Assembly (NCBI GenBank): GCA_030390025.1
Contig: CM059425.1
Location: 169,758,001-169,822,000, forward strand
Length of the DNA stretch: 64,000 nucleotides
Origin: Squalus acanthias
Lineage: Eukaryota
Reading direction: 5' to 3'
Shown here: piece after piece, positions 1-13,029 of the stretch
Numbering within the stretch: position 1 is the stretch's first letter
Layout: the number at the start of each line of letters is the position of its first letter
The notes under the pieces: generated by a model
Database searches by the model: none
What the model saw: the letters and a program-made list of their open reading frames with translations, nothing else
What the model was told of the DNA's origin: nothing
Position numbers and translations under genes: made by a program

Positions 1-610
1 GAGCAGGTCAGTGGCTAGGAATTCTGCGGCGAGCGTCTCACCACCTGACCCCCCAAAGCCTTTCCACCATCTACAAGGCATAAGTAAGGAGTGTGATGGA
101 ATACTCTCCACTTGCCTGGATGAGTGCAGCTCCAACAACACTCAAGAAGCTCGATACCATCCAGGACAAAACAGCCCGCTTGATCGGCACCCCATCCATC
201 ACCTTAAACATTCACTCCCTCCACCACCGGTGTACCGTGGCTGCAGTGTGTACCATCTACAAGATGCGCTGCAGCAACTCACCAAGGTTTCTTCGGCAGC
301 ACCTCCCAAACCCGCGACCTCCTTCACCTAAAAGGACAAGGGCAGCAGGCGCATGGGAACACCACCACCTCCAAGTTCCCCTCCAAGTCACACACCATCC
401 TGACTTGGAAATATATCGCTGATCCTTCATCGTCACTGGGTCAAAATCCTGGAACTCCCTCCCTAACAGCACTGTGGGAATACCTTCACCACATGGACTG
501 CAGCAGTTCAAGAAGGCGGCTCACTCCACCTTCTCAAGGGCAATTATGGATGGGCAATAAATGCTGGCCTTGCCAGTGACGCCCACATCCCGTGAACGAA
601 TTTTAAAAAG
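1..610 (+). mobile_element. CR1-group LINE, 3' end (ORF2 C-terminus and 3' UTR)
   Basis: ORF MEYSPLAWMSAAPTTLKKLDTIQDK. The tail gatgggcaataaatgctggccttgccag closely matches 17261-17870. Confidence 0.9.
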
Positions 611-2246
611 TAATATGTGACCTCCCTATTTTTCCTACTAAAATGTAATATCTCACATTTATCTGTGTTGAAATTCATTTGCCAATGATATGCCCATCCT
701 ACAAGTTTATTAATGTCTTCCTGTAAATTGTTGCAGTCCTCCTCAGTATTGACTATCCCCCCCAATTTGGTGTCTTCCGCAAATTTAGAAATTATGTTTT
801 TGATTCCAAAGTCTAAATCGTTAATACAAATTGTGAACAACAGTGGTCCCAGCACTGATCCTGGTGGAACACCACTTCCCACCTTCTGCTACTCTGAAAA
901 ACTACATTGTACCCTGACTCTTTGCTTTTTGTCTAAAAGCCAGCCAGCTATCCATTCTGCTACTTGTCCCCTGACTCCGCATTCTCTGACCTTATTCATT
1001 AGTCTATTATGTGGTACCTTATCGAAGGCCTTTTGAAATTTTGATAAATTACATCCACTGCATTACCCTTGTCTAGTCTCTCTGTTACCTCTTCAAAAAA
1101 TTCAATGAGGTTGGTCAAGCAAGACTTTCCCTTTTGAAATCCATGTTGACTATTCATTATTATATTTTGGGTTTCTAGATGCTCTTCTATTTTCTCCTTT
1201 AGTAGGGATTCCATTATTTTTCCTACCACCGATGTTAAGCTGACTGGTCTATAGTTCCCTGGACATATTCTATCTCCCTTCTTAAATATAGGTATTACAT
1301 TAACTATCCGCCAGTCCTCTGGCACTACACCTTTTTCTAATTAATTATTAAATATGTGTATTAATGCCTCTGCTATCTCTTCCCTAGATTATTTTAAAAT
1401 GCGTGGATGCAATCCATCCAGACCAGGGGTTTTATCCTCTTTGAGTTTGATTATTTTATTTAATATATCTCCTCTTTTTATTTAAATGCAGTTATCCCAT
1501 TCCTAATCTCATCATCCAATATCATGTCTACCTGTTCTATCTGCCTGATAAATACCGAAGCAAAGTAATTATTTAATATTCTACCATCTCTCTATCGCTG
1601 CCTGTGGTATTATCCTGTCCAACCTTTCGTGGCCCTCTTCCCATCCTGACCTTTTTTTATTTATGTGCCTGTAAAATATTTTACTATTTTGTTTTATGTT
1701 CCTTGATAATTTAATTTCATAGTACCTCTTTGCTTTCCTAATTGTTTTGTTGACTTCTCTCCTAATCTCTTCATATTCTTCCTTAACATACTCTCCCCTG
1801 CTGTCCATGTACTTAATGTGTGCCTCTTTCCTTACCCTCAATTTTTCCCTTATGTCTTTATTCATCCATAGTATCTCATTAGTGTTTAGCTTGTTCTTGT
1901 TTTTTAGCGGAATATATTTTTCCTGGACTCTGTTGAACACCATTTTAAATGTTTCCCATTGCTGTTCTAGATCATTGTTTGCCAATATCGTTGCCCATTT
2001 TATTTTCCCAAGTTCTATTCTCAAAATCGGCTTTACTCCAATCTATTACCCTGGTCTTTGTCATACTTATGTCATTCTTAATTATTATCTTAAAGCGTAT
2101 TATATTATGGTCACTATTGCCTAGATGTTCCCCTACTTTTACTTCTCTTATCTTCTCTTGTTCATTTCCCATTACTAGATCCAATAGCAAATCCTCCTTT
2201 GTTCGGATTTTTACATATTTGGTTAGAAATGAGTCCTGTGCACATT

Positions 2247-3168
2247 GGCCCAGATATTCCGATCCCTACGGGTGGGTACGCGCTGTGTACACCGCTGTGC
2301 AGGGACATCGGAAATGCCGGTCTCAGGCATGCTCAGCGCATGCGCTGAAAACCGGCATTTCCGACCTGTCAAGAATGCTCTTGTCAGATAGAAACATAGA
2401 AACATAGAAGACAGGAGCAGGAGTAGGCCATTCGGCCCCTCTAGCCTGCTCCGCCATTCAATGCGATCATGGCTGATCATCCAAATTCAGAACCCTGTCC
2501 CTGCTTTCTCCCCATATCCCTTGATCCCTTTAGCCTTAAGTGATCCCTTTAGCCTTAAGATCCACCGGCTGCCCTGGAGAAGGGCCTCTGTGGGCGGATA
2601 GTTCCACTTTTTGGAGACCCTCCACCCGCAGAAAACCCTTACTATTCTTACGCCTGGTAAAAGCAGGCATAAGGCCTGTTTTTACCAGGATAAGAGTTGA
2701 AAAAAGTTTAAAAAAAATTTCACTGACTTTAAAAATACTTTAAAAAAAAGGTAAGTTCATTTTTAGCACCGTAAAAAACTATAATTATTTTTTTCAAAAA
2801 ATTAAATTTTAGTTTAAAATACTTAATTTATTGTAATTTCAAGTCATTTTAAAAATGTGATTTAAAAAAAATGTATTTAAAGTTTTACTATGTTTTTTCA
2901 TTGATCTCCATTCATATATTTGACAGGTCTTCCTGTCAAATGTATGAAGGGAGATTCCCTTCTGTGATTGGCTCCCCATGGCCCACGTGATCCCAGGGGC
3001 GCTGCCAACTACATGCGCCCCTGGGATATGTGGGCCCTGCGCAATTCAAGTTTGGTGAAGCCCAGGAGCGGAATTGTGTGCGTCCCGGAAGCCCTCAGGT
3101 AAGGGCACAGATTTTTCCAGATCGCAGGCCTCCGCCCGCGGGAGGCCTGCGATCGGAAAATACGGGCC
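2247..3168. mobile_element. Harbinger-type MITE (family A)
   Basis: TIRs ggcccagatattccgatc / gatcggaaaatacgggcc. ATT TSD at 2244-2246 and 3169-3171. AT-rich core and subterminal hairpins. Confidence 0.88.
2388..2559 (-). mobile_element. Short CR1 3' tail inserted in the MITE
   Basis: Reverse complement of the CR1 tail at 20240-20365. A 19-bp tandem duplication tgatccctttagccttaag lies at its 5' junction. Confidence 0.85.
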
Positions 3169-4649
3169 ATTGTAGGAACTCCATTCCCTTATCCCCTTTA
3201 CCTACTCCTTCTGTCCAATTAATATCAGGTTAGTTGAAATCCCCCATGATTATTATTCTATGTTTTTTACTCATTTCCCTAATTTGTTTGCATATTTCTT
3301 CCTCCACCTCCCTTCCACTATTAGGTGGTTTGTAGACTGCACCTGTTAGTGTGATTGATCCTTTATTATCTTTTATCTCTATCCACATGGATTCTATTTC
3401 TGTCTTGCTAAGTACAGCCACTCCACCTTCCCTTTTCCCCTCTCTATCTTTTCTGAATATGTTATACCCTGCAATGTTTCATTCCCAGTCCTGATTTTTC
3501 TGTAGCCATGTCTCAGTAATCCCTACTATGTCTGGTTCTTCGCAAAGTATTATTGCCTCCAGCTCCTCTGTTTTATTACGGACACTGTGCATTGCTGTAC
3601 AGGTAGCTTAACTCATTTTTAATAGCAGTTCCTCTCACTTTATTTTTAACCATCTTTTTACACTCCAGCTCTATAACTCTATTTATTCCCTGGCCATCAA
3701 TGTCCTCCCTTACTTTATTCTTTCCTATGCTCTCCTTTCCTGTTTTGTTTATACTTAGGATGGTTTCATTTCTTGTAGAATCCTCCCCCCGTCTTACTAG
3801 TTTAAAGCTTTTGCCACCTCCCTATTTACCCTTTCCGCTAGGACACAGGTCCCATCCCGGTTCAGGTGGAACCCGTCCCATCAGTATAGCTCCTTCCTGT
3901 TCCAGTCCTGGTGCCAGTGTCCCATGAAAAGGAACCCCTCTTTACACACCTTTAGCCACGTGTTAATTCTCCTGATCTGACTGTTTCTATGCCAATTTGC
4001 ACGTGGCTCAGGCAATAGTCCAGAGATTATTACCTTTGAGGTCCTGCGTTTTAATTTAGCTCAGAACTCCTGATGCTCCCCCAGCAGGACCTTCTCCCTG
4101 TTCCTATCTTTGTTGTTTGTTCCGAGATGGACCATGACAACTGGATTTACCCCCTCCCTTTCCAAATTCCTCTCCAGCTGCCACGAGATAGCCCTTACCC
4201 TGGTAGGCAACACACCCTTCGGGATTCTCGTTCTTGGCTGCAGAGGATGGTATCTATCCCCCTAATTAAAGAGTCCCCTATCACTACCACATTTCTATTC
4301 TGCTCTTCCCTCCCTTGGACAGCTTTCTGAGCCATGGTGTCTTGGTTTGCATTGTGGCTGTCCTCCCTGCAGTCTTTCTCCTTGTCCTCACAGGTAGTGA
4401 GTACATCGTACCTGTTGGACAGGACCAATGTCTGCGGGACCTCCTTCTCAACCTCTCCTAAATCCCCGCTACCCGTTTTTCTAACAGTCACACCCTCCCC
4501 TTCCTGAACCTGTGCTTTCCTTTGGGGTGTGACTGCATTCTGGATAAAACTATCCAGAAATTCCTTCTCCTCCCTTATGTTTCGGAGTGTTTCTAACTCG
4601 CACTCCAGCTCAAAGACTCTGAGCCGGAGTGACTGAAGGCAGAGATAGT

Positions 4650-4890
4650 TGGCATTACTGTGTTTGCCTGTTCAGTGGTTCATATCCCATGACACCAGTC
4701 AAAGAAGAACAGGGAGTTCTCCCAATGTTAAGGTCAATATTTTTCCCTTAGCCATCAAAACAGCTCAGCGTCTCATTGTTCTTTGCGTGCAAAATGACTG
4801 TGCAACAATAATCACTTCAAAGTCATTCTATGCACGTGAAGACCGTTGTGATGTTCCTGAGAGAAGTGGTGAAATGCTACATAAAATATG
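4650..4890 (+). mobile_element. Degenerate DeuSINE/SacSINE1-like 3' half
   Basis: aagaagaacagggagttctcc...cacttcaaagtcatt resembles 41530-41650 and 52975-53070. Confidence 0.5.
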
Positions 4891-5066
4891 TCCTTCTCAC
4901 ATTCACGCACAGAACAGTTATATATTGAAGCCCTTTATGGCATCACATTTTGATTTTTGTTTTATATCCTGTCCTGAATTAGAGTTTTTAATCCCTCATG
5001 CTCTTCATTTTACAACAATCAGCTGATTATGTAGAAGGGCCTAAAGTAAGTAAATGAAAACTTATT

Positions 5067-5720
5067 GGCCCGTATTTTCCAATCGGAGGCTTCCTGCGTG
5101 TGGAGGCCTCCAATCTGGAAAAAATCTATGCCCTTACCTGAGGGCTCCGGAGGTCCGGACATTTCCGCTCCTGGGCCTCTCCACCATGAAATGCGCAGGA
5201 CCCAGGTATCCCAGGGGCACATGCGGTTCGCAATGGGGAACCAATGGAAGAAGGGAATCCCCCTTCACACTTTTGACAGCTTAGACCTGCCAAAAGTATT
5301 AATGGGGATCACTCAAAAAACACATCAAAATGTTAAAAAAAAAAAATTGAAATCACTTTTTAAAAATTAGTTAAAATTACATTAAATTTTTAAACAAAAA
5401 TTTAATTTTTTGAAAAAAAAATTAAAGTTTTTTACAGGGCTAAAAATAAACTTACCTTTTTTAAAAGTATTTTTGAATTATAAATCAGCGAAAAAAAACT
5501 TATTTTTTTACTTTTTAAAATTCTTACGCGTAAGAATTTTAAAGGTTTTCAGCGGGCGGAGGTTCTGCAGAAAGCGGAACTCTCCACCCGCAGAGGCCCT
5601 TCTCCAGGGCAGGCGTGCGATCTGTCAAGAGGCTTCACATGCCTGAAACCGGCACTTGTGAGGACCCTACAAGTGTGTACACAGCTCATACACACCCATA
5701 GGGATCGGAAAATACAGGCC
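5067..5720. mobile_element. Harbinger-type MITE (family A, opposite orientation to 2247-3168)
   Basis: TIRs ggcccgtattttccaatc / gatcggaaaatacaggcc. Homologous to the reverse complement of 2247-3168. TSD not preserved. Confidence 0.82.
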
Positions 5721-5847
5721 AAGATCAGTAGTAGCGTGGGCAAGATCTTAGAAAAAGAAAAAATAAAGGCAATATTATTCCAGTAAAAATATGCAAAAAT
5801 GAGAAGTCGCACAACACCAGGTTATAGTCCAACAGATTTATTTAATT

Positions 5848-5885
5848 TTACAAGCTTTCGGAGCTGTCGCTCCTTCCTCAGGTAA
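5848..5885 (-). ncRNA. Minimal hammerhead ribozyme motif (PLE-associated)
   Basis: Reverse complement reads uuac-CUGAGGA-A-GGAGC gaca GCUCC-GAAA-GC-UU-guaa. Confidence 0.7.
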
Positions 5886-6028
5886 GTTAGCAGTGAGAGA
5901 ATCTCCCAGAATTCACAATTTAAACACAGACAAAATCTATTCAAATATTTCCCTACATCAAAGACACACTAAGAGCACAGCCAAGACAATGAGATGTGTC
6001 CCAGGGGGTCCAACGTGTCAAACCACCT

Positions 6029-6396
6029 TTTATTTGTCCCCCCCACCTTTTTTTTCCTCCTAGAAGCTGGCAGCTGTCCTTTATTCTGCCAGTGGATTTC
6101 ACACTTCATTCAGCCTTAATCTGTCACATTAACACCACCTCTAGCCTTGCATATCTCTTAATGTCTCTTAATGTCTCTTCATCTCCTCCTTTGTTCCTTT
6201 ATCCCCTCCCCCTTTTCCCAGCTTTACCCTGGCCTTAAATCTATTTGATTTCCAGCTCTTCCCAGTTCTGATGAAAGGTCATCGACCTGAAACGTCAACT
6301 CTCTTTCTCTCTCCACGGATGCTGCCTGGCCTGCTGAGTTTTTCCAGCGTTTTCTGTTGTTATTTCGGATTTCCAGCATCCGCAGTATTTTGCTAT
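6029..6396 (+). mobile_element. Nested PLE-derived 3'-end/pLTR element carrying a hammerhead
   Basis: 15-bp TSD cgtgtcaaaccacct at 6014-6028 and 6397-6411. Tail gatgctgcctggcctgctgagtttttccagc...ttccagcatccgcagtattttgc. Relics of the same tail at 8295 and 55635. Confidence 0.8.
6264..6300 (+). ncRNA. Minimal type I hammerhead ribozyme motif
   Basis: aguu-CUGAUGA-A-AGGUC auc GACCU-GAAA-CG-UC-aacu. Intact core, stems I and II paired, GUC cleavage triplet. Confidence 0.8.
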
Positions 6397-6498
6397 CGTG
6401 TCAAACCACCTGCTGGCTGCATATCCTGTCAATTTGTGTTCTTGTGTTAGTCTTTTTTTTAAAAAAAACCACCTGGGAAGACCGGCCATGATGTCAAG

Positions 6499-6950
6499 TC
6501 ACGTTCTGTATCGTGACATGAACCCGATATCGCGATTGAGGCCATCCTCATGAGTGCAGAACTTGGCTATCAGTTTCTGCTCTATGATTTTGCGCTGTCG
6601 TGTATCCCGAAGGCCGCCCTGGAGAACGCTTACCCGCAGATCCGAGGCTGAATGCCCCTGGCTGCTGAAGTGTTCCCCGACTGGGAGGGAACCCTCCTGC
6701 CTGGCGATTGTTGCGCGGTGTCCGTTCATACGTTGTCTCAGTGTCTGCATGGTCTCGCCGATGTACCATGCTCTGGAGCATCCTTTACTGCAACGTATCA
6801 GGTAGACAACGTTGGCCGAGTCACATGAGTATGTACCGTGTACCTGGTGGGTAGTGTCCTCACGTGTGATGATGGTATCTGTGTCCATGATTTGGCATGT
6901 CTTGCAGAGGTTGCCGTGGCAGGGTTGTGTGGTGTCTTGGTTGCTGTTCT
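6499..6950 (-). pseudogene. GIY-YIG endonuclease domain of the Penelope-like element (C-terminal fragment)
   Basis: PCHGNLCKTC Cys linker, then NVVYLIRC..WYIGET..LRQRMNGHR..VGEHF..EQKLIAKF..GLN. Confidence 0.9.
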
Positions 6951-7153
6951 CCTAGTTTTTTTTTAAAAAGACTAACACAAGAAGACAAATTGACATGATA
7001 TGCAGCCAGCAGGTGGTTTGACACGTTGGACCCCCTGGGACACATCTCATTGTCTTGGCTGTGCTCTTAGTGTGTCTTTGATGTAGGGAAATATTTGAAT
7101 AGATTTTGTCTGTGTTTAAATTGTGAATTCTGGGAGATTCTCTTACTGCTAAC

Positions 7154-7191
7154 TTACCTGAGGAAGGAGCGACAGCTCCGAAAGCTTGTAA
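7154..7191 (+). ncRNA. Minimal hammerhead ribozyme motif in the inverted pLTR
   Basis: uuac-CUGAGGA-A-GGAGC gaca GCUCC-GAAA-GC-UU-guaa, with palindromic AAGCUU in the stem III region. Confidence 0.7.
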
Positions 7192-8294
7192 AATTAAATA
7201 AATCTGTTGGACTATAACCTGGTGTTGTGCGACTTCTCATTTTTGTCCACCCCAGTCCAACGCCGGCATCTCCACATCATAAAAATATGCAGACATTGAA
7301 GGGCACAGATTATGTGGTGCAGTGTGACCTCACCCCTCAACAACTCCATTTTACCAGCCACTGACACAGACACTGTCCCAGATCCCAGAGATGGGGTCAT
7401 TTGTATCATAGAGGTGTGCACCTGTGCCTGTAGCAGCACATCAGGAGGGTCCGCTCTACTTAGGCAGTAAACTATTGAAATGACATTCTGCTGCTCCAGT
7501 GGGGGAGATAAGTGGCTAGTCGGGCCAAAGATCCTGAGGATGTAAAAGGTCTCACCATGACTCCTCCACTGACAGGGAACAGTTTGGCCCCTACCCTGGC
7601 AGGTAAAAGATGATCCAATGGTGGCAGGCCCTTACTTCCTTCCTGGTGGGGTCCACTTAATGCCCAGACCAGGACCTGTGCAGAAGTAGGCCCCACTAGA
7701 CCTATCAGGATTGGGGTAGGGATCAGAGGGGCAAAGTATTTGAAAGGGGATCAATGAAAGGTGGCATGACAGGAAAGGGAAGGAGACAGGAGATAAAGAC
7801 CTAAGAAAGGCCAAAAAAAGGAAGATAGAAGTAATGGGCTTGCGCACGGAGCACCAGGCGAAATGCACAGGCGAATGGACATAGAGGGAATTCATTGGCA
7901 TGGCAGAGATTAGAAGAGACATATCTTGGTTGTAAATAGAGAGCCCTTCCCCATTATACCAGGTGCCTTGTATCAGATGGATCAAAAATTGCTACACTCA
8001 GTACTTTAATGCGGCAATAAGTGTTGCAATATCTGGTTAACCAACTATTTGCCCATCCATGTTAAACTTCACTGGATCAACAACCTCACCAAACACTAAA
8101 ACACTCCACAAAGCAAAACTCACACATTCAACTTAAGTTGTCCTTTCTTTCATGAGTCACACTCTGTCCCCTAATACTGTTTAAACATTCCCTTGAAGCA
8201 CATGCTCCTTTACATGTTCCTTTGTAGCACTTGAAGGGAAAATTTCAATTTTGCTTATACATATAAATTGTGACTATTTGTACATATAAAAAAA

Positions 8295-8390
8295 TGTAAA
8301 ACTACAAGCACTGGAAATCTGAAATAAAACCAGGAAATGCTGGAAAAACGCAGCAAGTCTGTCTCCATCTACAAAGAGAAAAGACAGATT
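8295..8390 (-). mobile_element. Degenerate PLE-derived tail
   Basis: ctggaaatctgaaataaaaccaggaaatgctggaaa is a diverged reverse complement of 6300-6396. Confidence 0.55.
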
Positions 8391-9819
8391 TGTGCCTAGT
8401 TTTGCATTTATTTCGTACTTATATACAGGAGGAGGAAAATGCAGCCTCATATTTGTGGGTGATCTTGTAACTCCTGATGACCTGAGGTTGTGTGATATGA
8501 AAGAAATCCCCTCCAGGTGGAAAGTAAACACTCACCAGTCCAGCCCTGTGATTTGTGGTGTAAACTGACCATAAATTCATTGGAAACCATCACCATCATT
8601 GCGTAAAAGAGATCCTCTACCTATATATACGCAATGATTAATTGGAGAAAGAGAGAGTTTTTTTCTTATTTAACATTCTTTTTAACTTTGACAAAAGAGC
8701 TATAGAAGTACAGCACAGTTAGATCTGAAAGTCTGATAAAAAAAAATGAATTCCAAAGAAAAGGGCAACAGTTCAGGTCCGAACTGGATCTGAAACACTA
8801 CTCTGAAGCTGAAGAGGCTTCTGTGTTTCCCAGCAGGCAGACACAGTGTGCAACTTCTTCTGGCTGTTGGCCAACACCACTTCAGAAGTGGCCATCAGGG
8901 CATAGCTGTTTCCAGGTGGTGGTGGTAAAGGGTCAGATTGTGCACTAGATTTCTTCATTAGATTGCACATTTTGCACATTCTTTCATCATATACTCCCTT
9001 TGACAAATGTTTTAAAGCCATACATCAGAGTATTATAAAGAAGGTTTTGACCGATTACAAAACAGGCAAGACACAGCAATTTCTCCCATGGCAGCATCTG
9101 CTGAATAAAGTGGAAAATTATATTTTTTTGGACGCAGTACAAGATTGTTGATATAGACCAGTGACAGATAGCTAGATAGTTAGGAGACGCCTGGAAGATG
9201 GAATTCAGTTGCATAAGATTAATAGAATTAGCTGATAAACTTGACCATGATGGCACTAATTATAATAGATTAAGGTAAATAAAGTTTGTATTTATGAGTA
9301 ATATTAAAGTAATATTGATTCAGTTTGTAAATTGGTGAGGAAACTTTCTGTATACAGTACGTGTATTTCTTGATAAAATGCTTGTTTTATTGAACTCTTT
9401 GAGGATTACTGTAACATTTGTTATGAAAAAACACAGCAGCACTACAAATTTTCTAATGATTAACAGCTGAAATCACAGCTAACATATTCAAAGAACAGAA
9501 TAAAACAATAAAGAAACGGAAATATTTTAAGCTAAGGTATTGAGATACTGTGCTGATCAAATGAACATCAGAAAGACCAAAGCCATCATATCGGCCCCGC
9601 CATAAATTTTGCTCTATTGCCACTGACCCAACTCCCTTCACCTGTCACTCCTTTAAACTGGGCAAAACCTTGGCATCCTTTTTGATACTTGAACTTGAAC
9701 CCCCACATCCGATCTACTGCAACAACAACTTGTAGTTATATAGCACCTTTCACTTAAATAATATCCAAAGGCACTTCACAGAAGGCATATGGAAAACAAG
9801 CACCAAGTTAGGAACCAAG

Positions 9820-10456
9820 GGGGGAAATTCATTATAGCCCCATTTGGGGCGCTAACTTTTAAAAGTTCCTGGAGCGCAACAGGCAGCAGGTGGGGCGGTA
9901 GGTGAGCAGCGCTGCACACTCGGTCGTGCAGCACTGTTGTGTTGGAAGGCTCCTTCCCTCCCTTAAAGGGAAGGGCCATCGCTGCAGGCTCTGCAAGGGG
10001 AAACCTTACCTGGTCCCTGACAGCAGCCGCAATCCGGCCCGATCAGCCCGATGGACTGCAGCAGAGTGCCGGGCTGATCAATGGGTGGCGACAAAACAAA
10101 AAAAACACCGCAAAGAGCATTTCAGATTTTTTTTTAATCTACCTCGGCCACCTCGCCTTTAAGTATCGCTCCCGAAGCGCCCGGCCTCCCGATGAATGCC
10201 TCCTGCAGCTGTCGGTGGATGCTGCAGGGCGTGGAAATGAATTTCGGGTCCAGGGAGATACCAGGCCGATGTGCAGCCGGATGACATCACGATCTCCGGG
10301 TGCAGGAGATCGTGGCGCTAGGGCTTACTGCCGCCGCCACCGCAAACCGCCAGGTGAATTTCACTGGTGGCGGTAACATCGCCATGCCCGGGCGGTAAGT
10401 CCTTAGCGCCCCGTTATTGCCCCCCCCGGAGGTGCTAAAGCACCGAATTTCTAGCC
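9820..10456. mobile_element. Harbinger MITE related to the 27145-31355 element
   Basis: Ends gggggaaattc / gaatttctagcc. Shares gccccatttggggcgc and ttagcgcccc/ggcgcta subterminal motifs with the full-length element. Confidence 0.75.
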
Positions 10457-10499
10457 TTTGACTTTAGGAGAGGCGACCAAATGCTTGGATTAACAAATA

Positions 10500-11222
10500 G
10501 GGGTAGAGTTTTCATTTTGGGCGCAATCGGCGATTCCGGCACAAATTGTGCCCAAAATTGTGCTTTTTGAAAAGTGTTTTCTTTCCCCGTGATTTTGTTC
10601 AAGCTCATTTCAAGCTCATTTCGCAAAGTCTGCCATGAACCAGTGCAATCAGGCAGCATTTTAAAATGTAATTTTTTTTAAAAACACAAATTTTGCTTTA
10701 AAAAATATACTTTGATATATTTAAGAGTGGGAACTTGGTTTTGTTTGATTAATACAGCTGAAAATAGGTTTATCACAAAAAATAAGCATTTTAAATCAAC
10801 CCGATTTTAAAGTACTGAAAATGATTTAAAAACAATATACAAAACTATTTTCTAGTTAGATTGGGGTACAATAGTCAGTTCCTTAGTAAATTTAAAAAAA
10901 ATCATTCAAAACCTTTGAAAATGCACCTATTAGTGGTGTCCTTACGCCCAAAAGATCCAGCTTAATTTTTGGAGCCTCTTCGAAGGCCTGCAAACAAACA
11001 CAATTAGCGGAAACTCCCAAAATGATTAATTCCCCCTGGGGGTGTGTGGCCAGTTTTGTGGGCGGGGTCTGCTTCTAGCGCAATGTTTTTAATACTAGCA
11101 GAAACTCGAGTTGTGCTGAACGTAATTTGCATTTCAAATTCCGTGATCTTTTGTATGATTACACCGATATCGGGGGAATTGTGCCAAGAATAAACAGTGC
11201 AATCGAGCGGAAACTCCAGTCC
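10500..11222. mobile_element. Harbinger-type MITE
   Basis: TIRs ggggtagagttttc / ggaaactccagtcc. ATA TSD at 10497-10499 and 11223-11225. Confidence 0.8.
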
Positions 11223-13029
11223 ATAGTTTCTGAGAAGGTTTTTAAGGGAAGAGAGGTAGAGAAGTGGAGGGGTTTCGGGAGAGAATTCCAGAGTTTATAA
11301 CTAGGCGGGTGAAGACTCTGCCACCGATGGTGGGGTGCAGGAAGCAGAAATGCACAAGAGGTCAGACTCAGAGGTACAGCGTGTTTTAGGGTGCTAATGT
11401 AGGGCTGGAGAAGGGTGTGGAGATAGCGTGCGGTGAGGCCATGCAGGAATTTAAAGATAAGTGCACAGATTTTAAACTTGAAGCATTGGGAGATAGGGAA
11501 CCGATAGCACAGCAAGGACTGGGGTGATGGGTAAGCAGGACTTAATGTGAGGCAGGATACACACAACATATGGACATTGGAGGATGAGTGTCCAGGAAAG
11601 AGAGTATTGGAGTAGTTGAGTCTGGAGGTGACATAGGCATCTATAAGGGTTTCAGCATGGAGGGACTGATGTGGGGTGCAGGTGGACAATGGGGGGGAAA
11701 GTAAGAAATCTTTGTGATGGAAAGATATGAGGTCTGAAACTCAGTTGAGGATCAAGCAGCATACCGGGGTTGTGAATAGTTTAGTTCAACCCAAGAGGTG
11801 GCTTTTGAAGAAGATGGAATCAGTGGTATAGTGTGTTTGTAGCGGGAATCAATTACAATTGATCTTCGCAGTGTTGAACTGAAAGAAGTTAAGATACATC
11901 CAAGATAAGATTGAGTGTTGGACAAACAGTTTGACACTACATAGGCAGTTCAGGGGCAAGTGAGGTGATAGAGAGGTACAGCTGGGTGTAATTGGCATAT
12001 ATATAGAAACTGACCCCATGCCTGTGCAGGATGTTACTAAAGAATAATATGTGGGCTAGGAAGATGAAGGCATCAAGTTCCTTCTGGAGATGATGGTATG
12101 GGGATAGGAACAGAAGCAATTGCTGAAGATGCTCTGGCTATATGTGGATAGGTAGTAGGGGAACCACACAAGGAGCCCAACAACAGAGAAAAGGCATTCC
12201 AGGAGGATGGCATGGTCAGCTGTGGAGAGTTGCATCATGGACACTGTCACAGAAGATATTGTTCATAACTTTGATTAGGGCCATTTCAATTTTTTGAGAT
12301 GGGCAGAAGCTGGACTGGGGGAATTTAAGAAGGAGTTGTGGGAGCAAATGGCATGGATGTCGGAAACAACAACATATTCAAGGACTTTAGAGAGGAAAAA
12401 GAGTTTGGAGAGGAGATGTTAATTGGTAAAGAAAGAAGGATGGAGGGTGAGTTTTTTGAGGGGGCAATAATGGCAGCTTTGAAGGAAAGAGGAATGGCGT
12501 CTGAGGAGAAGAATCCACTGACAATGTCAGTTAGCATAGGGGCCAACAAGGGGAGTTGAGTGGTCAGGATTTGAGTGGGAAGGAGATTGACCAAGCACAA
12601 GGTGGGTTTCATGAACATGAGCTTGGAAAGAGTGGGAAAGAAATAGGGGAGAAGTTGCAGAGAGATAGGGGTTCATGAGTAAAGTGGGTATGAAACTAGG
12701 AGGGCACTGGGAGCTTGGAGCAAGGGGAAGGGGAGGACACAGCAGAGGCAGCTACATGGATAGTCTTGATCTTGGTGATGAGGAAATCAATGAGTTCCTT
12801 GCACTCAGACTACTTGGTCCCACCACTACAAAATCTCATATCTCAGCCCCTTCACGATTGAACCCTTTAACCATGTTTTTGTTACCTCTAGACTCTATTA
12901 CTCCAGTGTCTTCTTTGTCAGCCTCCCTTCCTTTACTGTCCATAATTTCCAATTTGTCTAAAATGTAGCAACCTATATCCCATTCACACTAAGTCCTGCT
13001 TATTACTTACTTACCTCGTTAACCTACAT

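Larger units (their letters stand above)
611..4648 (-). mobile_element. Degenerate CR1 LINE (ORF1 esterase, ORF2 APE endonuclease and RT), interrupted by a MITE
   Basis: RT motifs GVPPGSVLGPLLF and WRIVNVIPIFKKG..NYRPVSLTS..QHGF. Endonuclease motifs IIIMGDFN and SDHNII. ORF1 SGNH motif VVIGDSLIRGID. The frame rejoins (KGMEFLQCAQDSFL) when 2247-3171 is removed. Confidence 0.92.
5796..7279 (-). mobile_element. 5'-truncated Penelope-like element with inverted pLTR (foldback)
   Basis: GIY-YIG ORF. The arm 5796-6028 plus 6412-6470 is the reverse complement of about 6955-7243. 12-bp TSD taaaaatatgca at 5784-5795 and 7280-7291. About 35-nt extra tail on one arm only. Confidence 0.9.
9721..12800 (-). 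mobile_element. Degenerate L2 LINE interrupted by two MITEs
   Basis: The tail (caa)n..ttatatagcaccttt matches the L2 at 46092. ORF remnants ETLIDAYVTSRLNYSN, YANYTQLY and SFKAAIIAP. Confidence 0.8.

Noticed and set aside
7700..7990. Possible decayed PLE GIY-YIG relic (HFA..SVRK on minus strand)
   Set aside because: Similarity too short to support by eye.
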